A stretch of DNA of 64,000 bases, from NCBI RefSeq assembly GCF_964355755.1, contig NC_092672.1:16877237-16941236 (forward strand). Direction: 5' to 3'. Positions 30,001 to 42,140 of this stretch are shown in pieces. Positions within the stretch are counted from its first letter, which is position 1; the number at the start of each line of letters is the position of its first letter. The DNA is from Antedon mediterranea (lineage: Eukaryota; Animalia; Echinodermata). The notes beneath the pieces are model-generated. The model made no database searches. It was given only the letters and a program-made list of their open reading frames with translations, and was not told where the DNA came from. Made by a program: the position numbers and the translations under genes.

Positions 30001-33000
30001 AAAATTTTCAAACAAAACAGCAAAGTGCACAGAATAACTTCAAATCGCATTTGGATACGTTTTAGACCATTCTGTGATTTTCGAAAAAACTTGTTAACAT
30101 AAAAACATCAAAGTGCTTAAAATCACATTAGAAACCGTTTTAGACCATTTTGAGCATTTCGATAAAACTTTTCACACAAAAACATCAAAGAGCACAAAAT
30201 AGCTTAATATCGTATTTAAAAACGTTTTTGACCATTTTGAGCATTTAGACAAAAAATTTTCAAACAAAACAGCAAAGTGCACAGAATAACTTCAAATCGC
30301 ATTTGGATACGTTTTAGACCATTCTGTGATTTTCGAAAAAACTTGTTAACATAAAAACATCAAAGTGCTTAAAATCACATTAGAAACCGTTTTAGACCAT
30401 TTTGAGCATTTCGATAAAACTTTTCACACAAAAACATTAAAGAGCACAAAATAGCTTAATATCGTATTTAAAAACGTTTTTGACCATTTTGAGCCTTTCG
30501 ACAAAAATTTTTCACACAAAACAGCAAAGTGTACAGAATAGCTTCAAATCGTATTTGGAGACGTTTTAGACCTTTTTGTGATTTTCGAAAAAACTTGTTA
30601 ACATAAAAACACCAAAGTGCTTAGAATAGCTTAAAATCGCATTTGGAGACGTTTTAGACCATTTTTTGATTTTCGAAAAAACTTGTTACCATAAAAACAC
30701 CAAAGTGCTTAGAATAGCTTCAAATCGCATTTTGAGACGTTTTAGACCATTCTGTGATTTTCGAAAAAACTTGTTAACATAAAAACATCAAAGTGCTTAA
30801 AATCACATTAGAAACCGTTTTAGACCATTTTGAGCATTTCGATAAAACTTTTCACACAAAAAACATCAAAGAGCACAAAATAGCTTAATATCGTATTTAA
30901 AAACGTTTTTGACCATTTTGAGCATTTCGACAAAAAATTTTCAAACAAAACAGCAAAGTGCACAGAATAACTTAAAATCGCATTTGGAGACGTTTTAGAC
31001 CATTTTGTAATTTTCGAAAAAACTTGTTAACATAAAAACACCAAAGTGCTTAGAATAGCTTCAAATCGCATTTGGAGACGTTTTAGACCATGTTGTGATT
31101 TTTGAAAAAACTTTTTAACATAAAAACACCAAAGTGCTTAGAATGGCTTCAAATCGCATTTGGAGACATTTTAGACTATTTTGTGATTTTCGAAAAAACT
31201 TAAGATAAAAATATCAAAGTGCTTCAAATCACATTAGAAACCGTTTTAGACCATTTTGAGCATTTCGACAAAAATTTTTAAAACAAAACAGCAAAGTGTA
31301 CAGAATAGCTTCAAATCGTATTTGGAGACGTTTTAGACCTTTTTGTGATTTTCGAAAAAACTTGTTAACATAAAAACACCAAAGTGCTTAGAATAGCTTC
31401 AAATCGCATTTTGAGACGTTTTAGACCATTCTGTGATTTTCGAAAAAACTTGTTAACATAAAAACATCAAAGTGCTTCAAATCACATTAGAAACCGTTTT
31501 AGACCATTTTGAGCATTTCGATAAAACTTTTAACACAAAAACATCAAAGAGCACAAAATAGCTTAATATCGTATTTAAAAACGTTTTTGACCATTTTGAG
31601 CATTTAGACAAAAAATTTTCAAACAAAACAGCAAAGTGCACAGAATAACTTCAAATCGCATTTGGAGACGTTTTAGACCATTCTGTGATTTTCGAAAAAA
31701 CTTGTTAACATAAAAACATCAAAGTGCTTAAAATCACATTAGAAACCGTTTTAGACCATTTTGAGCATTTCGATAAAACTTTTCACACAAAAACATTAAA
31801 GAGCACAAAATAGCTTAATATCGTATTTAAAAACGTTTTTGACCATTTTGAGCATTTCGACAAAAATTTTTCACACAAAACAGCAAAGTGTACAGAATAG
31901 CTTCAAATCGTATTTGGAGACGTTTTAGACCTTTTTGTGATTTTCGAAAAAACTTGTTAACATAAAAACACCAAAGTGCTTAGAATAGCTTCAAATCGCA
32001 TTTGGAGACGTTTTAGACCATTTTTTGATTTTCGAAAAAAACTTGTTAACATAAAAACACCAAAGTGCTTAGAATAGCTTCAAATCGCATTTTGAGACGT
32101 TTTAGACCATTCTGTGATTTTCGAAAAAACTTGTTAACATAAAAACATCAAAGTGCTTAAAATCACATTAGAATCCGTTTTAGACCATTTTGAGCATTTC
32201 GATAAAACTTTTCAAACAAAAACATCAAAGAGCACAAAATAGCTTAATATCGTATTTAAAAACGTTTTTGACCATTTTGACCGTTTCGACAAAAAATTTT
32301 CACACAAAACAGCAAAGTGCACAGAATAACTTCAAATCGCATTTGGAGACGTTTTAGACCATTTTGTGATTTTCGAAAAAACTTGTTAACATAAAAACAC
32401 CAAAGTGCTAAGAATAGCTTCAAATCGCATTTGGAGACATTTTAGACCATTTTGTGATTTTCGAAAAAACTTGTTAAGATAAAAACATCAAAGTGTACAG
32501 AATAGCTTCAAATCGCATTTGGAGACGTTATAGACCATTTTGTGATTTTCGAAAAAACTTGTTAACATAAAAACACCAAAGTGCTTAGAATAGCTTCAAA
32601 TCGCATTTTGAGACATTTTAGACCCTTTTGTGATTTTCGAAAAAACTTGTTAACATAAAAACACCAAAGTGCTTAGAATAGCTTCAAATCGCATTTTGAG
32701 ACATTTTAGACCCTTTTGTGATTTTCGAAAAAACTTGGTTACACAAAAACACCAAAGTGCTTAAAATAGCTTCAAATCGCATTTGGAGAAGTTTTAAACC
32801 ATTTTGTGATTTTCGAAAAAACTTGTTAACATAAAAACATCAAAGTGTACAGAATAACTTCAAATCGCATTTGGAGACGTTTTAGACCATTTTGTGATTT
32901 TTGAAAAAACTTGTTAACATAAAAACACCAAAGTGCTTAGAATAGCTTCAAATCGCATTTTGAGACGTTTTAGACCATTCTGTGATTTTCGAAAAAACTT

Positions 33001-36000
33001 GTTAACATAAAAACATCAAAGTGCTTAAGATCACATTAGAAACCGTTTTAGACCATTTTGAGCATTTCGATAAAACTTTTCACACAAAAACATCAAAGAG
33101 CACAAAATAGCCTAATATCGTATTAAAAAACGTTTTTGACCATTTTGAGCATTTCGAAAAAACTTGTTAACATAAAAACACCAAAGTGCTTAGAATAGCT
33201 TCAAATCGCATTTTGAGACATTTTAGACCCTTTTGTGATTTTCAAAAAAACTTGGTTACACAAAAACACCAAAGTGCTTAAAATAGCTTCAAATCGCATT
33301 TGGAGAAGTTTTAGACCATTTTGTGATTTTGAAAAAAACTTGTTAACATAAAAACACCAAAGTGCTTAGAATAGCTTCAAATCGCATTTTGAGACGTTTT
33401 AGACCCTTTTGTGATTTTCGAAAAAACTTGTTAACATAAAAACATCAAAGTGCTTAGAATCACATTAGAAACCGTTTTAGACCATTTTGAGCATTTCGAT
33501 AAAACTTTTCACACAAAAACATCAAAGAGCACAAAATAGCTTAATATCGTATTTAAAAACGTTTTTGACCATTTTGAGCATTTCGACAAAAATTTTTCAC
33601 ACAAAACAGCAAAGTGTACAGAATAGCTTCAAATCGTATTTGGAGACGTTTTAGACCTTTTTGTGATTTTCGAAAAAACTTGTTACCATAAAAACACCAA
33701 AGTGCTTAGAATAGCTTCAAATCGCATTTTGAGACATTTTAGACCATTTTGTGTTTTTCGAAAAAACTTGTTAACATAAAAACATCAAAGTGTACAGAAT
33801 AGCTTAAAATCGCATTTGGAGACGTTTTAGACCATTTTGTGATTTTCGAAAAAACTTGTTAACATAAAAACATCAAAGTGCTTAGAATAGCTTCAAATCG
33901 CATTTGGAGACGTTTTAGACCATTTTGTGATTTTCGAAAAAACTTGTTAACATAAAAACACCAAAGTGCTTAGAATAGCTTCAAATCGCATTTTGAGACA
34001 TTTTAGACCCTTTTGTGATTTTCGAAAAAACTTGGTTACACAAAAACACCAAAGTGCTTAAAATCACATTAGAAACAATTTTAGACCATTTTGAGCATTT
34101 CGATAAAACTTTTCACACAAAAGCATCAAAGAGCACAAAATAGCTTAATATCGTATTTAAAAACGGTTTTGACCATTTTGAGCATTTCGACAAAAAAATT
34201 TCACACAAAACAGCAAAGTGTACAGACTAGCTTCAAATCGTATTTGGAGACGTTTTAGACCTTTTTGTGATTTTCGAAAAAACTTGTTAACATAAAAACA
34301 CCAAAGTGCTAAGAATAGCTTCAAATCGCATTTTAGACCATTTTGTGTTTTTCGAAAAAACTTGTTACCATAAAAACACCAAAGTGCTTAAAATCACATT
34401 AGAAACCGTTTTAGACCATTTTGAGCATTTCGATAAAACTTTTCACACAAAAACATCAAAGAGCACAAAATAGCTTAATATCGTAAAAACATCAAAGTGC
34501 TTAAAATCACATTAGAAACCGTTTTAGACCATTTTGAGCATTTCGATAAAACTTTTCACACAAAAACATCAAAGAGCACAAAATAGCTTAATATCGTATT
34601 TAAAAACGTTTTTGACCATTTTGAGCATTTCGAAAAAAAAATTTTCACACAAAACAGCAAAGTGCACAGAATAACTTCAAATCGCATTTGGAGACATTTT
34701 AGACTATTTTGTGATTTTCGAAAAAACTTGTTAACATAAAAACATCAAAGTGCTTAAAATCACATTAGAAACCGTTTTAGACCATTTTAAGCATTTCGAT
34801 AAAACTTTTCACACAAAAACATCAAAGAGCACAAAATAGCTTAATATCGTATTTAAAAACGTTTTTGACCATTTTGAGCATTTCGACAAAAAATTTTTAC
34901 ACAAAACAGCAAAGTGCACAGAATAACTTCAAATCGCATTTGGAGACGTTTTAGACCATTTTGTGATTTTCGAAAAAACTTGTTAACATAAAAACATCAA
35001 AGTGCTTCAAATCACATTAGAAACCGTTTTAGACCATTTTGAGCATTTCGACAAAAAATTTTCACACAAAACAGCAAAGTGTACAGAATAGCTTCAAATC
35101 GTATTTGCAGACGTTTTAGACCTTTTTGAGATTTTCGAAAAAACTTGTTAACATAAAAACATCAAAGTGCTTCAAATCACATTAGAAACCGTTTTAGACC
35201 ATTTTGAGCATTTCGATAAAACTTTTCAAACAAAAACATCAAAGAGCACAAAATAGCTTAATATCGTATTTAAAAACGTTTTTGACCATTTTGAGCATTT
35301 CGACAAAAAATGTTCACACAAAACAGCAAAGTGCACAGAATAGCTTCAAATCGCATTTGGAGACGTTTTAGACCATTTTGTGATTTTCGAAAAAACTTGT
35401 TAACATAAAAACACCAAAGTGCTAAGAATAGCTTCAAATCGCATTTGGAGACATTTTAGACCATTTTGTGATTTCCGAAAAAACTTGTTAAGATAAAAAC
35501 ATCAAAGTGTACAGAATAGCTTCAAATCGCATTTTGAGACATTTTAGACCATTTTGTGATTTTCGAAAAAACTTGTTAAAATAAAAACATCAAAATGTAC
35601 AGAATAGCTTCAAATCGCATTTGGAGACGTTTTAGACCATTTTGTGATTTTGAAAAAAACTTGTTAACATAAAAACACCAAAGAGCTTAGAATAGCTTCA
35701 AATCGCATTTTGAGACATTTTAGACCATTTTGTGTTTTTCGAAAAAACTTGTTAACATAAAAACATCAAAGTGTACAGAATAGCTTCAAATCGCATTTGG
35801 AGACGTTTTAGACCATTTTGTGATTTTCGAAAAAACTTGTTAACATAAAAACACCAAAGTGCTTAGAATAGCTTCAAATCGCATTTTGAGACATTTTAGA
35901 CCCTTTTGTGATTTTCGAAAAAACTTGGTTACACAAAAACACCAAAGTGCTTAAAATAGCTTCAAATCGCATTTGGAGAAGTTTTAAACCATTTTGTGAT

Positions 36001-36070
36001 TTTCGAAAAAACTTGTTAACATAAAAACATCAAAGTGTACAGAATAACTTCAAATCGCATTTGGAGACAT
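1..36070. repeat. Satellite A: head-to-tail ~88-bp monomer array with several monomer variants; extends beyond the window start
   Basis: Unit AAAACA(C/T)CAAAGTG(CTT/TAC)AGAATAGCTTCAAATCGCATTTGGAGACGTTTTAGACCATTTTGTGATTTTCGAAAAAACTTGTTAACATA recurs at 88-bp spacing (AACTTG at 3731 and 3819). Variant monomers (AAATCACATTAGAAACCG, GAGCACAAAATAGCTTAATATCG, CAGCAAAGTG) usually occur as an ordered triplet. The array stops abruptly at TTGGAGACAT (36070). Confidence 0.97.
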
Positions 36071-36072
36071 AC

Positions 36073-36095
36073 TAAAGATAGTGTAACTATCTTTG
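36073..36095. other. 23-bp palindrome at the satA boundary, flanked by a near-perfect 7-bp direct repeat
   Basis: TAAAGATAG-TGTAA-CTATCTTTG, with flanks GACATAC (36066-36072) and GTCATAC (36096-36102). Confidence 0.6.
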
Positions 36096-36105
36096 GTCAT
36101 ACCTA

Positions 36106-36131
36106 ACACACACGTCACACACACCCACACA
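36106..36131. repeat. Imperfect (CA)n microsatellite in the inter-satellite spacer
   Basis: ACACACACGTCACACACACCCACACA. Confidence 0.7.
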
Positions 36132-36487
36132 GCTACTACTAGAATAGACATGGGTTTAGAGACCAATAATTAGGCCTAATAGTATTAATAGAAACTATAA
36201 TTTTAACACGTAATTCTATAGTAATTAATTATATTAAAAACACCATAAACTAAAGGCTGATTATTTCGACAATCCACACAAAACGCCGCTATTCTTCTAT
36301 GAAATCGCACGCCGCAACAACAGCGGAGATAGGCCTAGAATGGTACCGCACTTCTGTAATCACTTCTTGTTGCTATACGCTTGGGTGCACACGGCGGAAC
36401 AAGAAAATTTAACTGATGAATTATTCAGGTTTATTTTGTGACGTTTCATGAGGGGTCCCCAACATATGTACGAAAAAATAAATCGCC

Positions 36488-37418
36488 TCCGGGGGACCAT
36501 AAGAATTTTTTCGAAAAATGGCTAAAATTTTCAATTTCTAAACTTCGAAAATTATGCTATAATATTGCCATTTATGCACTAACATCATCTGATAGAACCA
36601 TAGTTACTAGTTATGTCAAAAAATAAAAGGGTCGAAATTTGGCCATTTTTCGAAAAAATTTCCTGCGGGGACCATAGGAATTTTTTTCGAAAAATGGACA
36701 AAATTTCCACTTTTTAAAATTCGAAAATTATGCTATAATATTTCCATTTATGCAACTATATTGTGCAAACATCATCTTATAGAGCCATAGTAACTAGTTA
36801 TGTCAAAAAATGAAAGCGTCGCAATTTTGACATTTTTGGAAAATATTCCTGCGGGGGACAACAGGAATTTTTTCGAAAAATAACCAAAATGTCCACCTTT
36901 AAACTTCAATAATTAGCCTATAATATTGCCATTTATGCACATATATTGTGTTAACATCATCTTATAGAGCCATAGTAACTAGTTATCATGTCAACAAATG
37001 AAAGGATCGACATTTGGTCATTTTTCGAAATTTTTCCTGCCGGGGACCACAGGAATTTTTTCAAAAAAATAACCAAAATTTCCACCTTTTAAAATTCAAT
37101 AATTAGGCTCTAATATTGCCATTTATGCACATATATTGTGTTAACATCAACTTATAGAGACATAGTAACGAGTTATGTCAAAAAATAAAAGGGTCGAAAT
37201 TTGGCCATTTTTGCGAAAATTTCCCTGCGGGGGACCATAGAGATTTTTTCTAAAAATTGACAAAATTTCAAATTTCTACAATTCGAAAATTATGCTATAA
37301 CATTGCAATTTATACAAATATATTGTGCTAACATCATCTTATAGAGCCATAATAACGAAATATGTCAAAAAATAAAAGGGTTGAAAGTTGGCCATTTTTC
37401 GATAATTTTCCTGCGGGG
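36488..37418. repeat. Satellite B, block 1 (~186-bp monomer)
   Basis: The GGGGAC(C/A)A core recurs at about 36492, 36667, 36854, 37042, 37229 and 37415. Monomers carry GCTATAATATTGCCATTTAT and ACATCATCTTATAGAGCCATAGTAAC. Confidence 0.95.
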
Positions 37419-37447
37419 CGGCCGTTCCAAGGCAAAACCACGTAACT
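37419..37447 (+). repeat. Left terminal inverted repeat of the Sola element
   Basis: CGGCCGTTCCAAGGCAAAACCACGTAACT. Confidence 0.95.
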
Positions 37448-37676
37448 ACAAAATATGACTTTTCGAGAAAAATGGATTTAAAGTTTGGTTGTTTGCAATT
37501 CATGAACAAATTAGTGTAAGGATGCGAAATTTTGCATGATTATATATTTATAATATTTATAATTGCATACGTTTTTTTTATTAAAACGGCCAATAAAATA
37601 AGAAGTTATTAGCACTTTTAAGAGATACGTTGTTTTGCCTTGGGATTATCGTGTATTTAGTGAAAGTAATTTCTGA

Positions 37677-37796
37677 GGCAAAACAACGTAACTGCGATCT
37701 TTCCGTGGTAAGACAACGTAACTGTGATCTTTCCGTGGCAAAACAACGTAACTGCGATCATTCCGTGGCAAAACAACGTAACTGCGATCTTTCGGT
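37677..37796 (+). repeat. Four 30-bp subterminal tandem repeats containing the inner TIR motif
   Basis: GGCAAAACAACGTAACTGCGATCTTTCCGT x4. The core matches the TIR segment GGCAAAACCACGTAACT. An inverted copy lies at ~37623-37641. Confidence 0.9.
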
Positions 37797-38194
37797 TGAG
37801 CTGAGCAGGATAATATTTTTGTTTTGTTTTATGCAGATCTATCGATTTTTTTTTAATGAAGCTTTTTTTAGGCCTATATAATTATATTTTTCAAATGTAT
37901 AGTTAATGGGTTGGAGGGGGTCACCGTACACAGTTAAACTTAAACTTTTTATCATTTTAATCCTACAGAGTAAAAAAATTGATTTGAACAAGAAAAATAT
38001 AGGGATGTATTGTATGTATTTTTTGCTAAGGTTATTAGCGTTTTATGTTAAAATGTTTTTGGGGGTAAGGGTATACCTTAATTAAAACACTAGCTAATGA
38101 ATTAAAACACTAACCAATATAAATGTAATTCGTTTAAGCTTCTCAATTTAATTCATTTATTGATTCCAATTGTCGTTTAAGACCTATTCACATT

Positions 38195-39898
38195 TCATTC
38201 ATATTCGGCGACAATTTCTAGATCCAAAGAATCATCATTTACCGGCAAGTTGTTAATAAATAATCTTTTGTATTCAGGCATACACTTACCTAGTTTCTTA
38301 AGATCATTCATTTTAACACCAGTAATACCTCTTTCTTCTGGCATGTGATCAATTAGATCCAAAGGGTTCTCATTAATCACTAACTTGTTTTCAACCTGGG
38401 ATTTGAAACGTGGCTTCAGGAAATCAATTTCTCTAAATATACCCTCATGGTCGTCCTTAACAAACATGTTAAGTGAACCTCTGTGAAATTCAATTACCTT
38501 TATTTTATTAACAACTAAATCGACTTTCTTAGCTTCATTTTAAAATAGCCACATGTCGTCATACGTCAACTCTATTGTATTGACTGCTTTCTTTCTGGAA
38601 GTTCGGATAACTTCTTGCATTTCCTGAAAATCACATATCATGGGTAATTTATTAATGGCCTTTGTTATGCATCCATATACGCTGTCTGCAGCCATGAAAG
38701 TGTGCCTTTTTTCAAGGTATTTTATGGCTATACTTTGTGCGCCTATTCTATTGTCATTTACTAATAATGGCATAGCAGAAAATAGCGTGTAGTTTTTGTT
38801 TTGGGAACCACAATTATCTGCCCATAAAATGATTTCTGTGGCATCTCTTTTTGAAAGAGCAAAGTGCACATAGGAACTGGCGATGTTTGATGCCTTCCTA
38901 CCTGCTTCACCTTCATGCCACAACACAGTTGTTGCTTCACTTTGTTTTCCTGGGGAAGCAAATGTTTCATTAAACATGACTAGTTTTCGGGAGAAATAAT
39001 ACTCTTTAGTCGTCAATTTTGGAATGTGCAGCACTTTTTGCATGTCTGCACATGCCACTTGCACCTCTCTAGATATCTTTGCTGTGTCGGCATCCAGACT
39101 GTGTCTGGCTTTTGCGGCATTACTTCGATGTTCGACATACACACGACAGAGACTGCAAATACAATCACTGCAGTCGTGGTCACTTTCAGTGCCAGGATGT
39201 GCATTTTTGTGTTCTTCACACAAGTCGCACCGATCGTTACCTGGGGTGGCAAACGAAATATTCTGACTCTTAAAAACAGTTTCGTACCACGTACGAGAGC
39301 AACTAATATTCTCTCTATCTAAGGTTTCTAGAAACAATTTGTGCATCTTAGTTACATTTAAATCGGCACTAAGATACCGTCTGTTTGGTGCATGCTCTCG
39401 TCTGTAATGTGAAATAACCGGTCTAAATGATTCTATTATGCTCGATTACTCTTTGTCTTAAGATTTCATTTTTTTTGTTTATGGGCTCGTGCCTTCCTTT
39501 TTTATCAGGCTTTGCCCCTATTATTATATTTGAGTTCATTGCTGTGTTTGCATTACGCAATGCAGCCCGAACTGAATTGTCATATTTGTAGCCCAAGGTG
39601 TGCAAAAAAAAAGTCTTGCAGACTTTCGTCGCTCCCAATTTCCACTCCAAAGTAAAGTTTCTTCTTGTAGCTTCATCACGCCTTTTTTCTTTTTGGCTGA
39701 CCATATTCACTAACCAGTCTCTCCTTCTATTATAGGACATATACCAGTAGCTATGAAAGATATCTGTTCTTTGCTCTTCAGCAAACCTTTCAGTGCATTT
39801 TAACCTACACCCTCTTCCACAAGGATTTAATATTTTGAATTTCTTTGCATCTCTGGCAGTTTTTTCGGAATCGGTGCGACAGCGTTTTCTTGGTCGAT
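38195..39898 (-). pseudogene. Catalytic exon of the Sola transposase (Cys-rich motifs plus DDD core)
   Basis: The acceptor TACAG precedes RPRKRCRT...CGRGCRLKCTERFAEEQRTDIFHSYW, followed by VCKTFFLHTLG, DRCDLC and candidate catalytic Asp residues in ADMQ, ADNC and ADSV. Confidence 0.88.
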
Positions 39899-40362
39899 CT
39901 GTATAGAATTAATCCTCACTTGTTAAACGATACCGTATACTGTAAAATATTGTTATATTTAGAAAAAAAAAAACATCATCCTCAAATGTATTGTCAGTAT
40001 CTTTATTACATAAAAACAAAATTATATACATAAAATACAAAAGTAAAAATAAAAGTATAAATTAAAAAGTAATGGTTACCGTACATATAAAACAAATGAA
40101 AATAACTATATATTGATAATATTTTATATATTAAAGATAAATATGTTTTTTTCGTTTTAATCATACAAAAATATACTTATTATACTTATATTTATAAATA
40201 TAAATCTAAATATAAATAATTATAATTGAACTGAATATTTTATACTTATAATAGAACATACATATACAATGAAAGTAAAAGTATTATACAAATCAAAATT
40301 TTGGATTTAAGAATTCTATATAAATTACTTTAATCACATGTGTAATTTTTTTCTTAAAGTAA

Positions 40363-41625
40363 TCTATATATAAATTTACGTAAGGGCAAAATTCGATAAA
40401 TCTCGGTTAATTTATAAAATTTTTACTCGATGGTATATAAAGTTGGTTCATACTTTCGGTACTGATTTTAACCATCTGACATAACCCTGTTTACTAATTA
40501 AATTGAGTTAGGTAATTAGTTATTGACGATTAAAACGAATTTAGGTTCAACGATTTGCCCCAAATAGGGGTGTTTTCCGATCGTGGTATACACTGTCTAA
40601 TGGATGACCATCTTGAAAAATACCCGCCACAAAAATGCGAGGAGGCTTCGCATTTTCCTATCTCCTCCTACGATAATTGTTTTTAATAGCTGAAAACTGG
40701 TTGAACAGCTAGAGTCCAGCATCATAATGTTGAAGACAGGCCGATTTTCTTTAAAAAATACTATTTTGATAGATTTAATATACGATTATACAAATGTATT
40801 GATTTGCGATGAATGGAACATCCCAGAGTTTGGTTTAACACAAGTAGGTAAATTTATGAGCCCTTGGTTTAACACATACGGTAGGTAAATATATGGGCCC
40901 TTTGAGAATAAACTTGCAATACTTTGACAATACTGTAAATACCTATTAACTATTTTTGGTCGTCATTTGAATCAAACATTTCTTACTGCGAATGTTCATA
41001 CTGTTAGATGTAATATAAAAATATATACAAATAAACTTTATTACTGAGATTGTGGTAAGGCTCTACTGATATATAAACACATTATTATATACAAATAAAC
41101 TTTATACTGACAGTTCCTTCTCAACGTTTGTATTAATTAATAATTACCAATAATATAAACGTCGTAGTGGTGTATCGTGACATGTACTTTGATATTTCAA
41201 TCGATTATGACAGTGACAGTTTTAACAAAGTATTAAATCGCAAATGTTTTACTTTATTTAGAGGTATATTATTTATAGGCCTATAAAACACGAAAAAAAT
41301 ATTTCGTTACTGAGTGGATAAAGAATATATTTAAAATTTGTTCCTCTTTGTACCTATCCGCTTTCCCATCCCTCAACCCTAATGTTACATACAAAACACA
41401 AATTGGGTTTCTTTAAATGAGTCCAAATCAAAAATTTGCTAATTTTAGTTGACTACATAAATTATCGTTACTATTTATTCGTTTCTGTAAACGACAATGT
41501 ATTATAGTCCTGCGGTACGTACATTTGAAATCGCCAGTTTTGTTACGCTGAAATTACTGTGTATTCGAGAACCATCTGTAGGCACGACCTAGATGGTACG
41601 CGAGCGAAGCGAGCGTACCATCTAG
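40363..41625 (+). mobile_element. Non-autonomous Helitron (~1263 bp) nested in the last intron of the Sola transposase
   Basis: 5' end A|TCTATATATAAAT and 3' end CTAG|T. The 3' GC-rich hairpin is CTAGATGGTACGC-GAGCGAAGCGA-GCGTACCATCTAG. There is no TSD, and related AT-rich intron sequence lies on both sides. The 5' boundary is less certain than the 3'. Confidence 0.72.
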
Positions 41626-41679
41626 TATATTATTAATTTAAAGAGTAATTTATTATATTTATAATGTAATTAATTAAGT

Positions 41680-42140
41680 CAGAAAGTAAAAGTATAATAA
41701 ATAATAATAATACGACCTTACAAATGAAAATAATTACATATTAATAATATATTATATATTAAAGATAAGTATGTTTTTTTTAATCATACAAAAATAATAC
41801 TTTATAAGTACTGATTATTCTTATTTATAAATATAACTATGAATAAAATTATAATTGAACTGAATATTTTTAAACTTATATAAAAATACATATACAATGA
41901 AAGTAAAAGTATAATAAATAATAATAGTAATACGACCTTACACATGAAAATAATTACATATTAATAATATATTATATAATAAAGATAAGATTTCTTTTTC
42001 GTTTTAATCATACAAAAATATACTTTAAAAGTACAGATTATTATTTTTATTTATAAAAATAAATCTCAATAAAATTATTAACTAAACTGAATATTTTTAA
42101 ACTTATATAAAAAATACATATACAATGAAAGTAATATGTA
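41680..42140. repeat. AT-rich ~220-bp intronic tandem repeat; a related diverged copy lies at ~40040-40290
   Basis: GAAAGTAAAAGTATAATAAATAATAA...CGACCTTACA.ATGAAAATAATTACATATTAATAATATATTATAT occurs at ~41682 and ~41899. TGAACTGAATATTTT...CATATACAATGAAAGTAA occurs at ~40227 and ~41856, with a variant at ~42083. Confidence 0.8.

Noticed and set aside
1-36070. CRISPR-like array
   Set aside because: Units are contiguous monomers with no unique spacers and no cas genes; the context is eukaryotic satellite DNA.
37398-37418. CENP-B box-like TTCG...CGGG in satB
   Set aside because: The spacing between TTCG and CGGG is ~12 nt instead of the canonical 7 (TTCGNNNNANNCGGG).
37630-37881. 83-aa ORF with AKQRNCDLSV repeats
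   Set aside because: By-product of the 30-bp subterminal DNA repeat.
38761-39322. Overlapping Cys-rich small ORFs in other frames and strands
   Set aside because: Shadow frames of the transposase exon.
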